NCBI GenBank assembly: GCA_951406725.2
Contig: OX597825.1
Span: 31,930,001 to 31,994,000 of the forward strand
DNA from: Octopus vulgaris
Taxonomy: Eukaryota
Length of the DNA stretch: 64,000 bases
Reading direction: 5' to 3'
The position numbers and the translations under genes were made by a program. Position 1 is the first letter of the stretch. Every line of letters begins with the position of its first letter. The notes under the pieces are model-generated. The model saw only the letters and a program-made list of their open reading frames with translations, did no database searches and was not told the DNA's origin. Below are positions 1 through 11,219 of the stretch, piece by piece.

Positions 1-1847
1 TACCTATGTTAACTGTTTGACAAAATCACATAGAAGTTAAGTATAAACAATAAGATCAACAGTGCATCAAGGATCAAGTCAAACCTGCTACTAGAATTTG
101 ACAACTGTAGCACATTATTCTCTCTACTCAGTGGAAAATACCTCTCCAGGTACAGTTTGTCTGAATGAGCACTCTGTCTGAAATGACAAGAAATTCCACT
201 ACACTATGGAAGTACATTTGGTGCTTGAAAGATCAAAATTGAGGATTTTCACCAAGCTCCCCTTTTCTTGTGCATGACATCAGGGATAGGCAAGTCTTCA
301 ACTTTTGTACTCATTAAAAATTTGAACACCACCCCAGTTCTTTGAAGAACATACAAGAACAAAATGTTCTGGCTCATACTGCAGAGAACTTTAAGCTTTG
401 AGTAATGAGTTGGCTTTATTTTATATATCACATTTCTTCTGTCTTTCTCCTGTTTGTGTAAGTATGTCTATTCTCTCACACACATACAAAATCATTTTTA
501 CATTCATTTTTCAAAGTGAACAGGATTTTAAAACAATGTCTTATGCCCAGATACCCTTCCTGACACCAAACCATTAGTTACCTTTTATGACATACAAGGA
601 TATTGTTTATTCCAAAACTTCAGGGATATATACAGATTTGTGTTTGTGTACACACACACACACACTTGTGTAAATATGGCATATATACATGCTCAGGCAT
701 AGAGATGTATCCTGTAAAGTAATATGTACATGTTAAAATAACTATTGAAAGATAAAGAGAGTTGGTGGAGTAATTCCATTTATAGTTTTGCTATTTTATA
801 AAATGATTGTTAAAAGTATGGCAAATGGATTGAAGTATTTGATATCATGAGGTTATGATAGTTAAATTAGTAGGTAAAGAAAAATTATCTTGTCATAGTC
901 CATGGCTTTAGTATGTTACTACTTCTTTGATAAACAAGAAGTAGAGATTTACAAATACTTACAGGTTGAAATCAATGTTATTTTGCTATGAATGCAAATC
1001 TTGTGTGTGTGCGCACATACATTCAAATAGATGCAAGCTCACACACAACAAGTTCCCATGCACACACACTCAGACTTACACATGCATGTGCATATAAGCA
1101 CACTCAATACACATATGCACACAAGAACCACTTTACTGTTAGATCCTAAATTGTTAAAAATAAACTGATCTTGACTGATAATTAAGAGCAGGGATGGTTT
1201 AAGATGATAGGGCAACAGATAAACAAGAGGTTGAAGGTTCAACCTTGGTTGAAGGTTCATGTCATATCATGTCACTATGAGTGTGTATTCCATCTAACTG
1301 CTAAAGACAGACAGCAGAGTAGTTTGCATTGCTGATTCCTGTCCTTCTTATGGGTGTTACCTGAAGATTTACTGGTCTCACTTGGCAGTCAGTAGAGCTA
1401 ATCATTCTTTGATACCAGAGATCATAAAACATCAAAGCAGCAAATCAGCAGAAATCCTTGGAACAATGGATGACAAAATATCTTGCAGGATTTATTCCTG
1501 TTTGTTTGGTCCTGAGACTGTTCACCTTTCATCATTTCGTTGTTCTGTTTCAGGCAGAGGACTGACAGAACTGTGAGATCATTGACCGATAGTTTATTGA
1601 CCCTGCCAGGGGCCAACTATTGGTTTAATTCAAACTGCACATCTCAGCAAATGTTGATCAAATATCTAGATCTATTCCTGCTTTTCTCCATCGTTATAAA
1701 CTTTGTTTTTCTCCGTTTATAAAACTAGTTAAAAACAAAATTGTAGACATAACATGCTGTTTAGTCAGTATTTAAACATTTTGATGTAATGTTAAATGTT
1801 GTCTTTCTAGTGAGACACTTGTTTTAATGTAGGTATGTATATAATAG

Positions 1848-1859
1848 TGTGTGTATGTA

Positions 1860-1896
<37 letters not shown>
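1848..1896. repeat. (TG)n(TA)n compound microsatellite
   Basis: visible dinucleotide runs. Confidence 0.9.
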
Positions 1897-2130
1897 TGGG
1901 AATTTAAAGTGTTAAACACTTTTGGTATGCAAATTAGGGAATCCTTCGTAGAGTAACTGCTGCATTTGTTGAGTATATAAACAGTTTGGTTGGCTGTCAG
2001 AATGATGTAGAAGCCTCTGATGAGAACCCAATAAGGTTCGAAAATCGATTAAGGTTGTTCGTCGTTTTTTCAGTCTGCAGAGAAATGGCTAAAATTTGCC
2101 CTGTTTATAATTATACCATATGCTACATAT
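1897..2130 (+). mobile_element. Penelope-like element pseudo-LTR fragment (approximate ends)
   Basis: contains a minimal hammerhead downstream of a TATA-like GTATATAAA; bounded by (TA)n; minimal type I hammerheads are a known PLE pLTR hallmark. Confidence 0.6.
2012..2056 (+). ncRNA. Minimal type I hammerhead ribozyme
   Basis: stem I AGCCT/AGGTT, CTGATGA (2017-2023), stem II GAACC-caataa-GGTTC, GAAA (2040-2043), palindromic stem III ATCGAT, UUA cleavage triplet (after 2051). Confidence 0.8.
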
Positions 2131-2212
2131 ATTCTTCTATTTGTTTCTGTCATTTGACAGCGGCCATGCTGGAGCACCACATTTAATCAAACAAATTGCC
2201 CCCAGGACTTAT

Positions 2213-2267
2213 TCTCTCTCTCTCTTTTTCTCTCTCTCTCTCTCTTTCTCTCTCGCTCTCTCTCTCT

Positions 2268-2303
<36 letters not shown>

Positions 2304-2332
2304 AAACTGATGTATGTGTATATATATATATA
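2213..2332. repeat. (CT)n and (AT)n microsatellites
   Basis: visible runs after a SINE 3' fragment at about 2135-2212. Confidence 0.9.
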
Positions 2333-2333
2333 A

Positions 2334-2836
2334 CTAGCAGTATCGCACGGCGTTGCTCGGGTTTGTAAGGGAAATAACTATATAAGCATTTTTAGAGAGT
2401 TACTTCCCTTATAGATGCCAATTCGGGCTTTCTTAGCTATTTCTGTTTTGGTGTCTTCAAGCCATGAAGTCGTTGTTCTAAAAGAACGCTGGTCTCCTTG
2501 ACAACGCTTTACGACGTTGATTTCCTTACACTCCCTTCCCCACAGCTTCACGAGGGAGGGAGAAGCAAACAGGTGCAAGTGTGACCATGGACGCCAACTC
2601 AGCCGCCATCGACACACGAAAAATTATGCATTAAAATGGAATAAAAAATGATGTTAAATTATTTTTTAAATCGTAGACTCATTGTAGACGCGTGCTAATA
2701 CTCAGACGGGCTCGATATGAATCACGACTATAAGATACCTGAATTTGGTTAAACTGCACCGCAAAATGTGGGAGTAGTTAGGAATCTAAATCGAAGGGGA
2801 CAGACACTCACACAACTACAGTTTTATATATATAGA
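2334..2836 (-). mobile_element. Non-autonomous Helitron (503 bp)
   Basis: minus strand starts TCTATATATATAAAA and ends CCCGAGCAACGCCGTGCGATACTGCTAG (imperfect GC hairpin plus CTAG); inserted between A and T with no TSD. Confidence 0.8.
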
Positions 2837-3042
2837 TGTCTACTTTGGCAGGGTTTTTGTGATTGAATGTCCTCCAGATGCCAACCACTTTACAATGTGA
2901 ACCGGGTCCTTTTTTTTTTTTAATTCTTATTCTTGCTACCTGCGCTATTTAGGTTGCCATATATGTGTATATGTAATGCATGTGTATATATATATATCTA
3001 TATACACTAACATTATTGTTACTATACTTTTATTGCTTACAG

Positions 3043-3099
3043 AATGAAAGTGCTCCCCATGCCTATTGCCAAATAAATAAGAACTTGAACAAAGGAATG
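3043..3099 (+). CDS. DENND4: DENND4 exon a (MABP C-terminal part) NESAPHAYCQINKNLNKGM
   Basis: ttacag| ... |gtaaga; 57 nt, phase 0-0; resembles GESPPHTFCKVDKNLN of vertebrate DENND4. Confidence 0.88.
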
Positions 3100-4247
3100 G
3101 TAAGATACAATTTTATTTTCTCTTCAAAATGCATGAAATTTGATAATATTGATCTATCTTGTTTATGTCTCATTAAAGTTGGTACCCCAGAAAAAAGAAA
3201 ATGTTCTCATATCCATTTTAGATGATCAGACATGATAGCTAAGACTGTTGCCAGACATGGTAGCAACACACTTTCTTTTGGATATTTGTTTTTTTGCTGA
3301 TCACATGCAGAAAAAAAAGCAAAACACAACTAACTTGTACTTTTTATGCAAAAGCTTTTTGGGTTAATATTGCACAAATTTTTCTTCCAATTGTGTTATA
3401 AAAAGAGAAGTATGGTGTAGATTGAACATATTCCTTCTTATCAGGGCAGTTTGTCTTTTGATTTATGGCTCAGATAAATCTTGATATTTCTTTGTTTTTG
3501 TTTAGCCTCAGATAACCCCCAACTGCCTAGAACTATGATCAAAGACATTCCAGCTATAACTAGTTTCTTTTCTTTCAATCATAGTGAATCTAAGACTACA
3601 TTATCCAATTTTTTTTTTTTAAGATTGTAGGGTGGGATTTGGTTATTTGAAAAAAGTATGGCTGCTGTTTCTAGCAATTCAAGCAATCCCATTGACTCCT
3701 TCATTGACTTGTCATAATATTTCTATATTTTTAGATCTACTAATTACTAGTTAAAAGTAAAATAGCATCAAGCATTTCTGTATTAAGTTAAATGTTAGTT
3801 ATTATTATTGTTTCATGTCAAGAAATAAAATCAACAGAACATTCTGTAGAGCATCTAATAACACCAATCGGTAGTCTAGTTCTGGTGAAAAATACACTGG
3901 TGTCTAGCAGGTTTCTGTTACTTGCGAAACTTGTACTCCACTACCTTTGTTTCAATTAATTTTGAAAATAATGAAAATTTTGTAAATAATACTTAGTCAT
4001 TATGAAGCTGGTGTTTTGAATGTGAATTAACTTGGAATTTTGATGGTTTCAATTTAAATCACATTAAAATAGAAAGTTTGCATCAGAGAGCCAGTTGCGA
4101 TCTCAAGCAGGTTGGTATTAAAAGGGTTAAAGCACTGGTTAGAATGGTTGTACCAGACTAACTACTGCACTGTAGTTTTCTTTGCCTTTTAGCCATTTGG
4201 GTTTCAGTACACAAACAATGTAATCATTTTCAACCAGCTTCCCTAAT

Positions 4248-4442
4248 CTTTTACCTGTGTCAGTCATCTGACTGTGGCCATGCTGGAGCACTGCCTTTAG
4301 TCGAGCAAATCGACCCCAGGACTTATTCTTTGTAAGCCTAGTACTTATTCTATCGGTCTCTTTTGCCGAACCGCTAAGTTACGGGGACATAAACCAGCAT
4401 CTGTTGTCAAACGATGTTGGGAGAACAAACACAGACACACAT

Positions 4443-4479
<37 letters not shown>

Positions 4480-4638
4480 TGCTACTTTCAGTTTCCGTCT
4501 ACCAAATCCACTCACAAGGCTTTGGTCGACCTGAGGCTATAGTAGAAGTCACTTGCCTAAGGTGCCACGAAGTGGGACTGAGCCTGGAACCATGTGGTTC
4601 GTAAGCAAGCTACTTACCACACAGCCACTCCTACGCCC
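4248..4638 (-). mobile_element. tRNA-derived SINE family A, near full length
   Basis: reverse complement of the 27519-27912 copy; internal (AT)n. Confidence 0.9.
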
Positions 4639-7040
4639 TAGAAATTTCTATCAAACTATTTTCTTAATATTTAAAACTCATCGACAGAAGTACTGCGGTT
4701 GCTTATAACAGTGACAAACTGTATCATCTCAAATTTCTAATTTCCAACGTGTTTGACTGGGCCAATAAAACTTCTTGATTCCGGATGCTGTGGTGGTGGT
4801 CATGCTGGTCACTCATTGGTTGCTGATCCAGTAATGTGTATCAAGTCATTTAGCTGTAACTTCACTCTCTGAAACATTAATACAGTTCCTCCATCCTTAC
4901 ATTCCTTCTTCTCAAAAATATCACTATATTCACATTAACCATTTTTAAAAACATATTTGGCATCAAACCAATCTTTTTTTTGTTTTTATCATCTATGTTT
5001 CAATAAACCAATAGAATACAAATTACATTTATTCTCTTTAATATGTTCTATTGACATTTCTTTTTACTCTTTTTATTCTACTACCTTATTCATAGTCTAG
5101 AAAAATAGATTAGTCAATAAATACCACTAGACCTTGTTATATATAGTTTTGTTGGAATTTTTCCTTTATTTTTAAAGATTCTTTTAAAACAAAATGCATC
5201 AACAATATGTTGCTTAATGGATTGAAAGTAGGTTGGCTTTTTGTTTTTTCTTTGCTTTAGATTAGTTTATCTTTTATTGCATTTAGTACATTCAGAACAA
5301 ATGAGGCATTTTTTTTTTCTTTCCTCTAGATTTTAAATATGTTCAAGTAATAGTCTATTCTGAGTTTATAGAAAGTACTTTATCAAAATAATAACAATAA
5401 AAATAGTAATAATCTACCAAAGACAATGTTGCTTAGAATTGCAGTAATTCTCTATGGAATTCTCAAAATCTGAATGAAGAGTATTTCCTCAGACCACTAG
5501 TTGCAGACAGCTGACACTTTGTTACATTCTCCAGCAAAGCTGCTGTCTTAAACAAATGACGATGATGATGGTGATTTAGGCGCAAGGCCATCAGTTTTGG
5601 AGGTGAAAGGGTCAGTTGAGGTCGTTGGCTCCAGTACTTAATTAATACTTTTTGTTGACCTTGTAGAATGACCTCAGCAGAATTTGAACTCAGAACATAA
5701 AGAATCAAAACAAACGCTGCAAGGTTTTTTCCCCAATGCTCTACTGATTCTACCAGTGCATTACTTTTGTAATAATAATTTTGAAAGTGTTGCCTCAATT
5801 TAAGTGACTGATACCATTAATATAATAAAATAATGTTTGTAAACTAGTATATGAACCAAAGATTACCAAGTTTCAGAGAGTGCGAAGGTATGACTTCTCG
5901 ACTAACATCATTAAAAAATAGAAAAAAAATGCTCTAACATTCAAGTCATGAAACTGGGAGTTAAACTCCATAACTGAAAATTCACCAAGGACTTAGGAGT
6001 GATGTATGTAATGTAGCCGTTATTGTCAAATGGACCAACAGATTTTTGTTGTCACAATCCTTAGGAACATTGATTAAATACAAAGCTGAAAGTTTCGTCA
6101 ATTGTCTCAGCTGTCAATTAAGTGCTGGATAACTCATCCAGTTTTTTAAATGGTTCTGTATCAAGTAGCTGTTTCCTTTATGCTGCTCTGAAACCAACAC
6201 ACGCCTTCATTATATTATCAAACCTCAACATTGTATGTAAGATTTAGCTAGAAAACAATAAATATACATGGCTATTGTTCTACACACTTCCATATCCTGT
6301 ACTTAGACAAATGGTGTATTATGAAGGCTTTCTGAAGTCTTTTTCTAAAGTGCTTCTATTGAAACACATGCTACTTCTGTTGTTGCCATTACTGTTGCTG
6401 CCAGCTCTGAATTTGGAAAGATTTTGTTAAAAATAAATATTTTGTGCTTTTGACAATTTGTAACTGAAGATTATAGTTTGTCCTCACTATATCACCGGTT
6501 CTTCTCTTTATGTAATTAAATATTGCGGAACATTTTGTTGAGAATCTAGCATGTTTGTCAATCTACTTCTATAAAGTATAAATGTATAAGTTTAGTTTCT
6601 AAACTAATGCACAAGATTGGTTGTCCAAAAACAGATTTATGTGCTTTGATCATACTCTGTCTGTCTGTCTGTCTGTGTGTGTGTGTGTGCATGCATGTGT
6701 GTAAGGCACATAAGTTTGTCAGTCAGTAAATGAGACATACTCTTTGCTCTAGTTTGCCTGACTAAAAATCCTAATTCACTTTTGTTTCATGTTTGTGTAA
6801 CTTGTAGTAGGAAGGTTATCCAACTGAAAACAAAATCAATTTACATTTGTTCCAATACATCTAAACATGAAAAGGAATGACAAAGTCTTACATAATTCCA
6901 TTTTTTGCTTTTTGTTTTGTTTCAAATATTACAGTAATTTGTATTTTTAAAAGTTTCATTATTAGACCATATTCAATGTTAAAATATTGTTGTTTTTTTT
7001 CATACAGACTTTATTATTTGTTTTTTCCTGTTTATTTTAG

Positions 7041-7110
7041 ATGGGCTCAGATGTTTATCTGTGTTACAAGAAGGCTATGACTAAAACAGATGTTCTTGCA
7101 TATAAACCTG
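7041..7110 (+). CDS. DENND4: DENND4 exon b MGSDVYLCYKKAMTKTDVLAYKP
   Basis: ttttag| ... |gttagt; 70 nt, phase 0-1; VYLCYKK MABP motif. Confidence 0.92.
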
Positions 7111-7966
7111 GTTAGTGAATCAGTTGAAACTTTATCATACATTTCTATATTTTATGCTTCATGTCTAATTGATAGGGACTCTTTTTTTTTTTTTACAATT
7201 AAATTCCAATTCAATATAACTTACACTTTTTTTGTCAATGAAAATTTTTAAAAACCTTGTCTTGGTAGAGTTATTACATCAATGATAATAACACATGCAT
7301 GGGTTCAATTCATCTTCTTTATTGTTGGTCAATTATCCAACCAGCTAACTAATGGATCGTTTGTTTACATAATATGTTGGTTAAACAATCAATCAGTTGT
7401 TTGCTTATTCCTCAAAGTTCTTCCATTGCTGTCTATGACCTTTTCAGTGGCTCCCCTGCTACTCACTCCAAGTTCTACTTCGTGTCTGTCTGAGAATTGG
7501 TCTTATGTTTTCTCCAGTCTAAAGTCACAGTTATCATGTATTAGACTCTAGTTATGGTGCCAGATCATGACTTTTGAGAGATGATGTTCAGTTAATTGAA
7601 TTGACTCTCAATATGTTACTGAATACTTATTTTACCTGCACATACACAAAGAGGCAAGGTAGACTTGACCCTGGCATGAGTTGGACTTGTAATACCACAA
7701 GATGATTACTCTACTAATTCTATCATTCACTGCCATCTTAATGATAATAATAATCCTTTCAACCGTGGATTCAAAGCCTGAAATTTTGGGGAGTGGAGGA
7801 AGGGAGTGGGCTAGTTGATTTCAGCAACTCCAGTACAAAAGGATGAAAGCCAAACCAACCTCAGCAACATTTGAACTCAGAACATAAAAGAAAAATGCCA
7901 CTAAACATTTTGTCTTACTAGTAATGATTGCTGTTGTCATCATCTTCTGATTATTATTATTATTAT

Positions 7967-8496
7967 TGAGTGAGAGAGCAGTGCATGCCATCAAAGTGAC
8001 ACTGGGGTAAAATATACGAAACCCAGTATACCCATCATGACTACCCGTCTGATAAGGGTACACTAGGCACATGCATCACAACCATATGTGTGTGACATGG
8101 TGATCTCATATCAAGATAAACAGCACATGACCTTGCAAGTGGGGGCCAGTTAGAATTTTCTTCTGGTCAAGTAACCCATCCTGCTCAAAAGTTCCCTGAA
8201 TAAGGGTTGTTTAAGGATGTTGAACAAAACACCCATGTTTTCAAAGGTGAATTATTCAAACCCCAAAGAATCCCTCTCAACACATGGCTATGATGCTCCC
8301 CCACTACTTCTGCTCATGATCAGAGATGCACATATCTTCAGCCACTAAGGGACATGCTCAACTGGTTAGGGTCAAACTGACAAGCAAAACTGTGGTATTG
8401 AGCAGAATATTTGCTGTAGCCCATTTTTTATACCAAGATACACAATGTAAATGATAACACTTCCAATCAGTTAAGATCGAAAGCCACTGCCTGGTA
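7967..8496 (-). mobile_element. Unclassified 530-bp interspersed element flanked by (TTA)n on both sides
   Basis: GC-richer block with sharp edges inside a TTA microsatellite; no tRNA head or TIR seen. Confidence 0.5.
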
Positions 8497-8599
8497 TTAT
8501 TATTATTGCAGTAAAGCGGCATGCCTCACACTATTTTAGTTTTCTCTGTATATATACAAAGTTCAGCTGCCTTTCATTCCTCTAGGGTTTATGAAAACA

Positions 8600-8807
8600 T
8601 GGAAACATTTTTTCACGCTCAGAGTTGCTGAAGCATGGAATAAACTGCCTGCGTCAGTTGTTGACTGCCATGACACTGCATCTTTTAAGGCCCTCATGCT
8701 TTCCGAAATCCGCCGAAACTACACCTGATTATATATACACTTTAGATGAGTTGTAGTGCACCTGAGCACTGTACACAATTATTATTATTATTATTATTAT
8801 TATTATT
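8600..8807 (+). mobile_element. CR1-type LINE 3' fragment
   Basis: translates KHFFTLRVAEAWNKLPASVV..TASFK (CR1 ORF2 end motif), short UTR, (ATT)n tail. Confidence 0.85.
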
Positions 8808-9664
8808 TCAACAATGGATTGAATTCATTTGACTATATGCCTCTCCTGCATATGTTTTTGCCTTTTACCAATGTTAGAAGTCACCACCACCAACAACAAC
8901 AACAATAATAATATAGTCCTGGCTGGTATGCAGTTGAATGAATAATGCTGTAATGTTTTTAATGTTTAATCTGTCAATTAACTGCTGTATTTTAAAATGC
9001 ATAAAGTGGGACTGATGAATTTAAAGATCTTCAATCTGCAACTTGTCTGTCCACAGCTTAATCACTTGGTTATCAGCTCTCTATCTCACTAAGTGCTGTC
9101 CATTGAAGCTATGGCTTTTTATGTTGTTAGTTAGGAATTTGCAAAAGTAAAGATAAGTTTTTATCAGACCATTAAACTTTGGTTTTATAGTGAAACAGCT
9201 TCAGAAGACGTTTGAAGCAGATTGTGTTATCATTTAGAGAAGATTAGTTGAGACAATTTCCACCTCCCTTGCAAATATCTTCTGTGATATCCAGAAATAT
9301 AAAAAAAAAATCTGGTTTTACTGTAGAAGTCCTGACTGCAGTTAAGAAAGATTAAATGGAATAAACAGTTTGTTTGCTAGGAATACAGCACAAGTGAATT
9401 AAGAAACCCAAATCTCATTCTGAAAGAGAAAATAGTTCTTGCTCAGTTTATTCATAAATGCAATGTGTTGCGGTAAACATAAAAAGCAAAAACGAATGTC
9501 CTTTCACTCAAAAGCTTTGCTAAAAGAAAGTCACTACCCTCATAATGTCAGTGGTTTCTGACCTTATATGTGTTTGTTGCAATCTTTACCAACTGTTTTT
9601 TGTTTTTTACTTGGAACACCATTAGTTTCCTCAAACCCTACTTACTGGTTTATATTTATTATTC

Positions 9665-10030
9665 CGAAATATAACTACCAGTGGAGTGGATTAGTTCATG
9701 TAGTCTGAGGAGGCAAAGAAGATCGTTTTGGTTAAAGTAATTGATGGTGCCTTGAGAAGACAGATGGAAAGCCACTGAGTAACATGTCATTGCACAGCAA
9801 TATGGAATAAAATATGGTAGGCCTGGCTCTTAACCGATGAGGTTAGCAGCTGTCTGGAAGATGCTTACAGCTCTAGGAACTAAAAGGAAGACAGCTGCTT
9901 GCAAGTTGGGTGAGGCAGTGGGAAGAGTTGAGCTGGAAGCCAAAAGTAGATGAGCAGTAACTGGCTTCACCTGCTGATTTGCCATGCCAGATAAAAAGTT
10001 GGGTACTTTCTTACAAGTTCTCTTGACCAA
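9665..10030 (+). mobile_element. Degenerate Hero-like (RLE-type) non-LTR retrotransposon 3' fragment
   Basis: with stops and frameshifts reads SEEAKKIVLV/LMVP*ED/W*AWLL..EV/VWKMLTALG..RKTAACKLGEA, like the restriction-like endonuclease end of Hero elements. Confidence 0.65.
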
Positions 10031-10299
10031 ATGTTAGTCATTAGAAAATGACAATATATTTTGTATTCAATACTAGTATTTCATGCTTTATCCATCTCAG
10101 AAATCTGAGATAAACATGCTCTTAATGCTGTAACACCGTAAGCTGCACACTGTATATTTTTGTTATTGTTATCATCAGTGGCGACTTCTTTTCTCAGTTA
10201 TATTCAAAGAGTCATTGCTTTTATGTAATATCAATATTAAAGTCAGAAATACTAAATTTCTAAATCTCTCGTAGAGACATGTACGGTGGTGGGGCGATA

Positions 10300-10360
10300 G
10301 AACGGTTTTATACTGTCAATCTAACTACGTTCGTGTTAGATTGACAGTATACAACCATTC
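10300..10360. repeat. Hairpin: 26-bp stem (24 pairs), 9-nt loop
   Basis: GAACGGTTTTATACTGTCAATCTAAC / GTTAGATTGACAGTATACAACCATTC. Confidence 0.9.
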
Positions 10361-10459
10361 AATATTAAAGTGGAATATTTCTGTGGTGTTGGATTAAAGA
10401 CTATTTCACAATGAAACATTTTGTTTTGTTTTGTATTTTTACTTATCTTTTCTTTTTAA

Positions 10460-10680
10460 CCCTTTCGTTACTGTATTTATTTTGAGATGCTCTGTGTTTC
10501 TTTCAATTACTTTAAATATGACAAAGAATTTAGTAAAATAACTTAGTTATCATTCAACTAGTGTTAGGAACATAAATTGTGACTAAGGTTTGGTGGAAGA
10601 TTTTAATTCAAAACTTATGAGAACAAGACATTTGTACTACAGAGCCAGAGCCGGTTTCAGCCAGCTTGGTAACGAAAGGG
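10460..10680. mobile_element. piggyBac-like MITE family 1 (221 bp)
   Basis: TTAA|CCCTTTCGTTAC ... GTAACGAAAGGG|TTAA; close copy at 16192-16411. Confidence 0.9.
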
Positions 10681-10745
10681 TTAATTATATGTTACTTGAA
10701 ATTGTTACATGGTCATAAATTGTATAACTTCCTCTCTATTTTCAG

Positions 10746-10915
10746 CTATTCTAGGCCGATTTCCTGAAGCAGATTATGACAATTATCCACTTCCTGAATC
10801 AGTACCCCTCTTCTGTTTGCCAATGGGAGCAACGATTGAATGTTGGCCTGCTAAGGCTCAGCATCCTCTTCCAGTATTTTCAACATTCATTCTGACAACA
10901 TGTGGTGGAGAAAAA
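10746..10915 (+). CDS. DENND4: DENND4 exon c (uDENN) [35 protein letters not shown]...GGEK
   Basis: ttcag| ... |gttggt; 170 nt, phase 1-0. Confidence 0.94.
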
Positions 10916-11219
10916 GTTGGTATTACCCTCATTGAACTCTTCTTTATTGATACCTTTTCTAACTTACATTCATTTTGTTTGTAGACATGATACTTCTATC
11001 AAGACTTCTATTCTGGAGAATCTTACCGAATACATTAAGGCACAACTCTCACGATTGTTTCTATCACTTGGCTTAAAACTGACATCACAAATGGGAAGTG
11101 CAAACAATTATTATAAATGAGAAGTGATGAAAAATAATGGGATAAAAAGAAAATTGAATACTTACAAAACTTACGTGTGGGTCAGCTTTGTATGCATACA
11201 TGTGTGTGTGTGTATTCAG

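Noticed and set aside
1228-1260. AGGTTGAA-GG-TTCAACCT hairpin with repeated GGTTGAAGGTTCA
   Set aside because: Too short; likely a local template-switch duplication.
1540-1722. Possible upstream DENND4 exon after TTTCAG at about 1553
   Set aside because: No frame resembles the expected MABP segment (..VTDICII..K) and there is no good donor.
9012-9040. Other CTGATGA heptamers (9012; minus strand near 19953 and 47826)
   Set aside because: No stem II plus GAAA plus NUH arrangement follows them.
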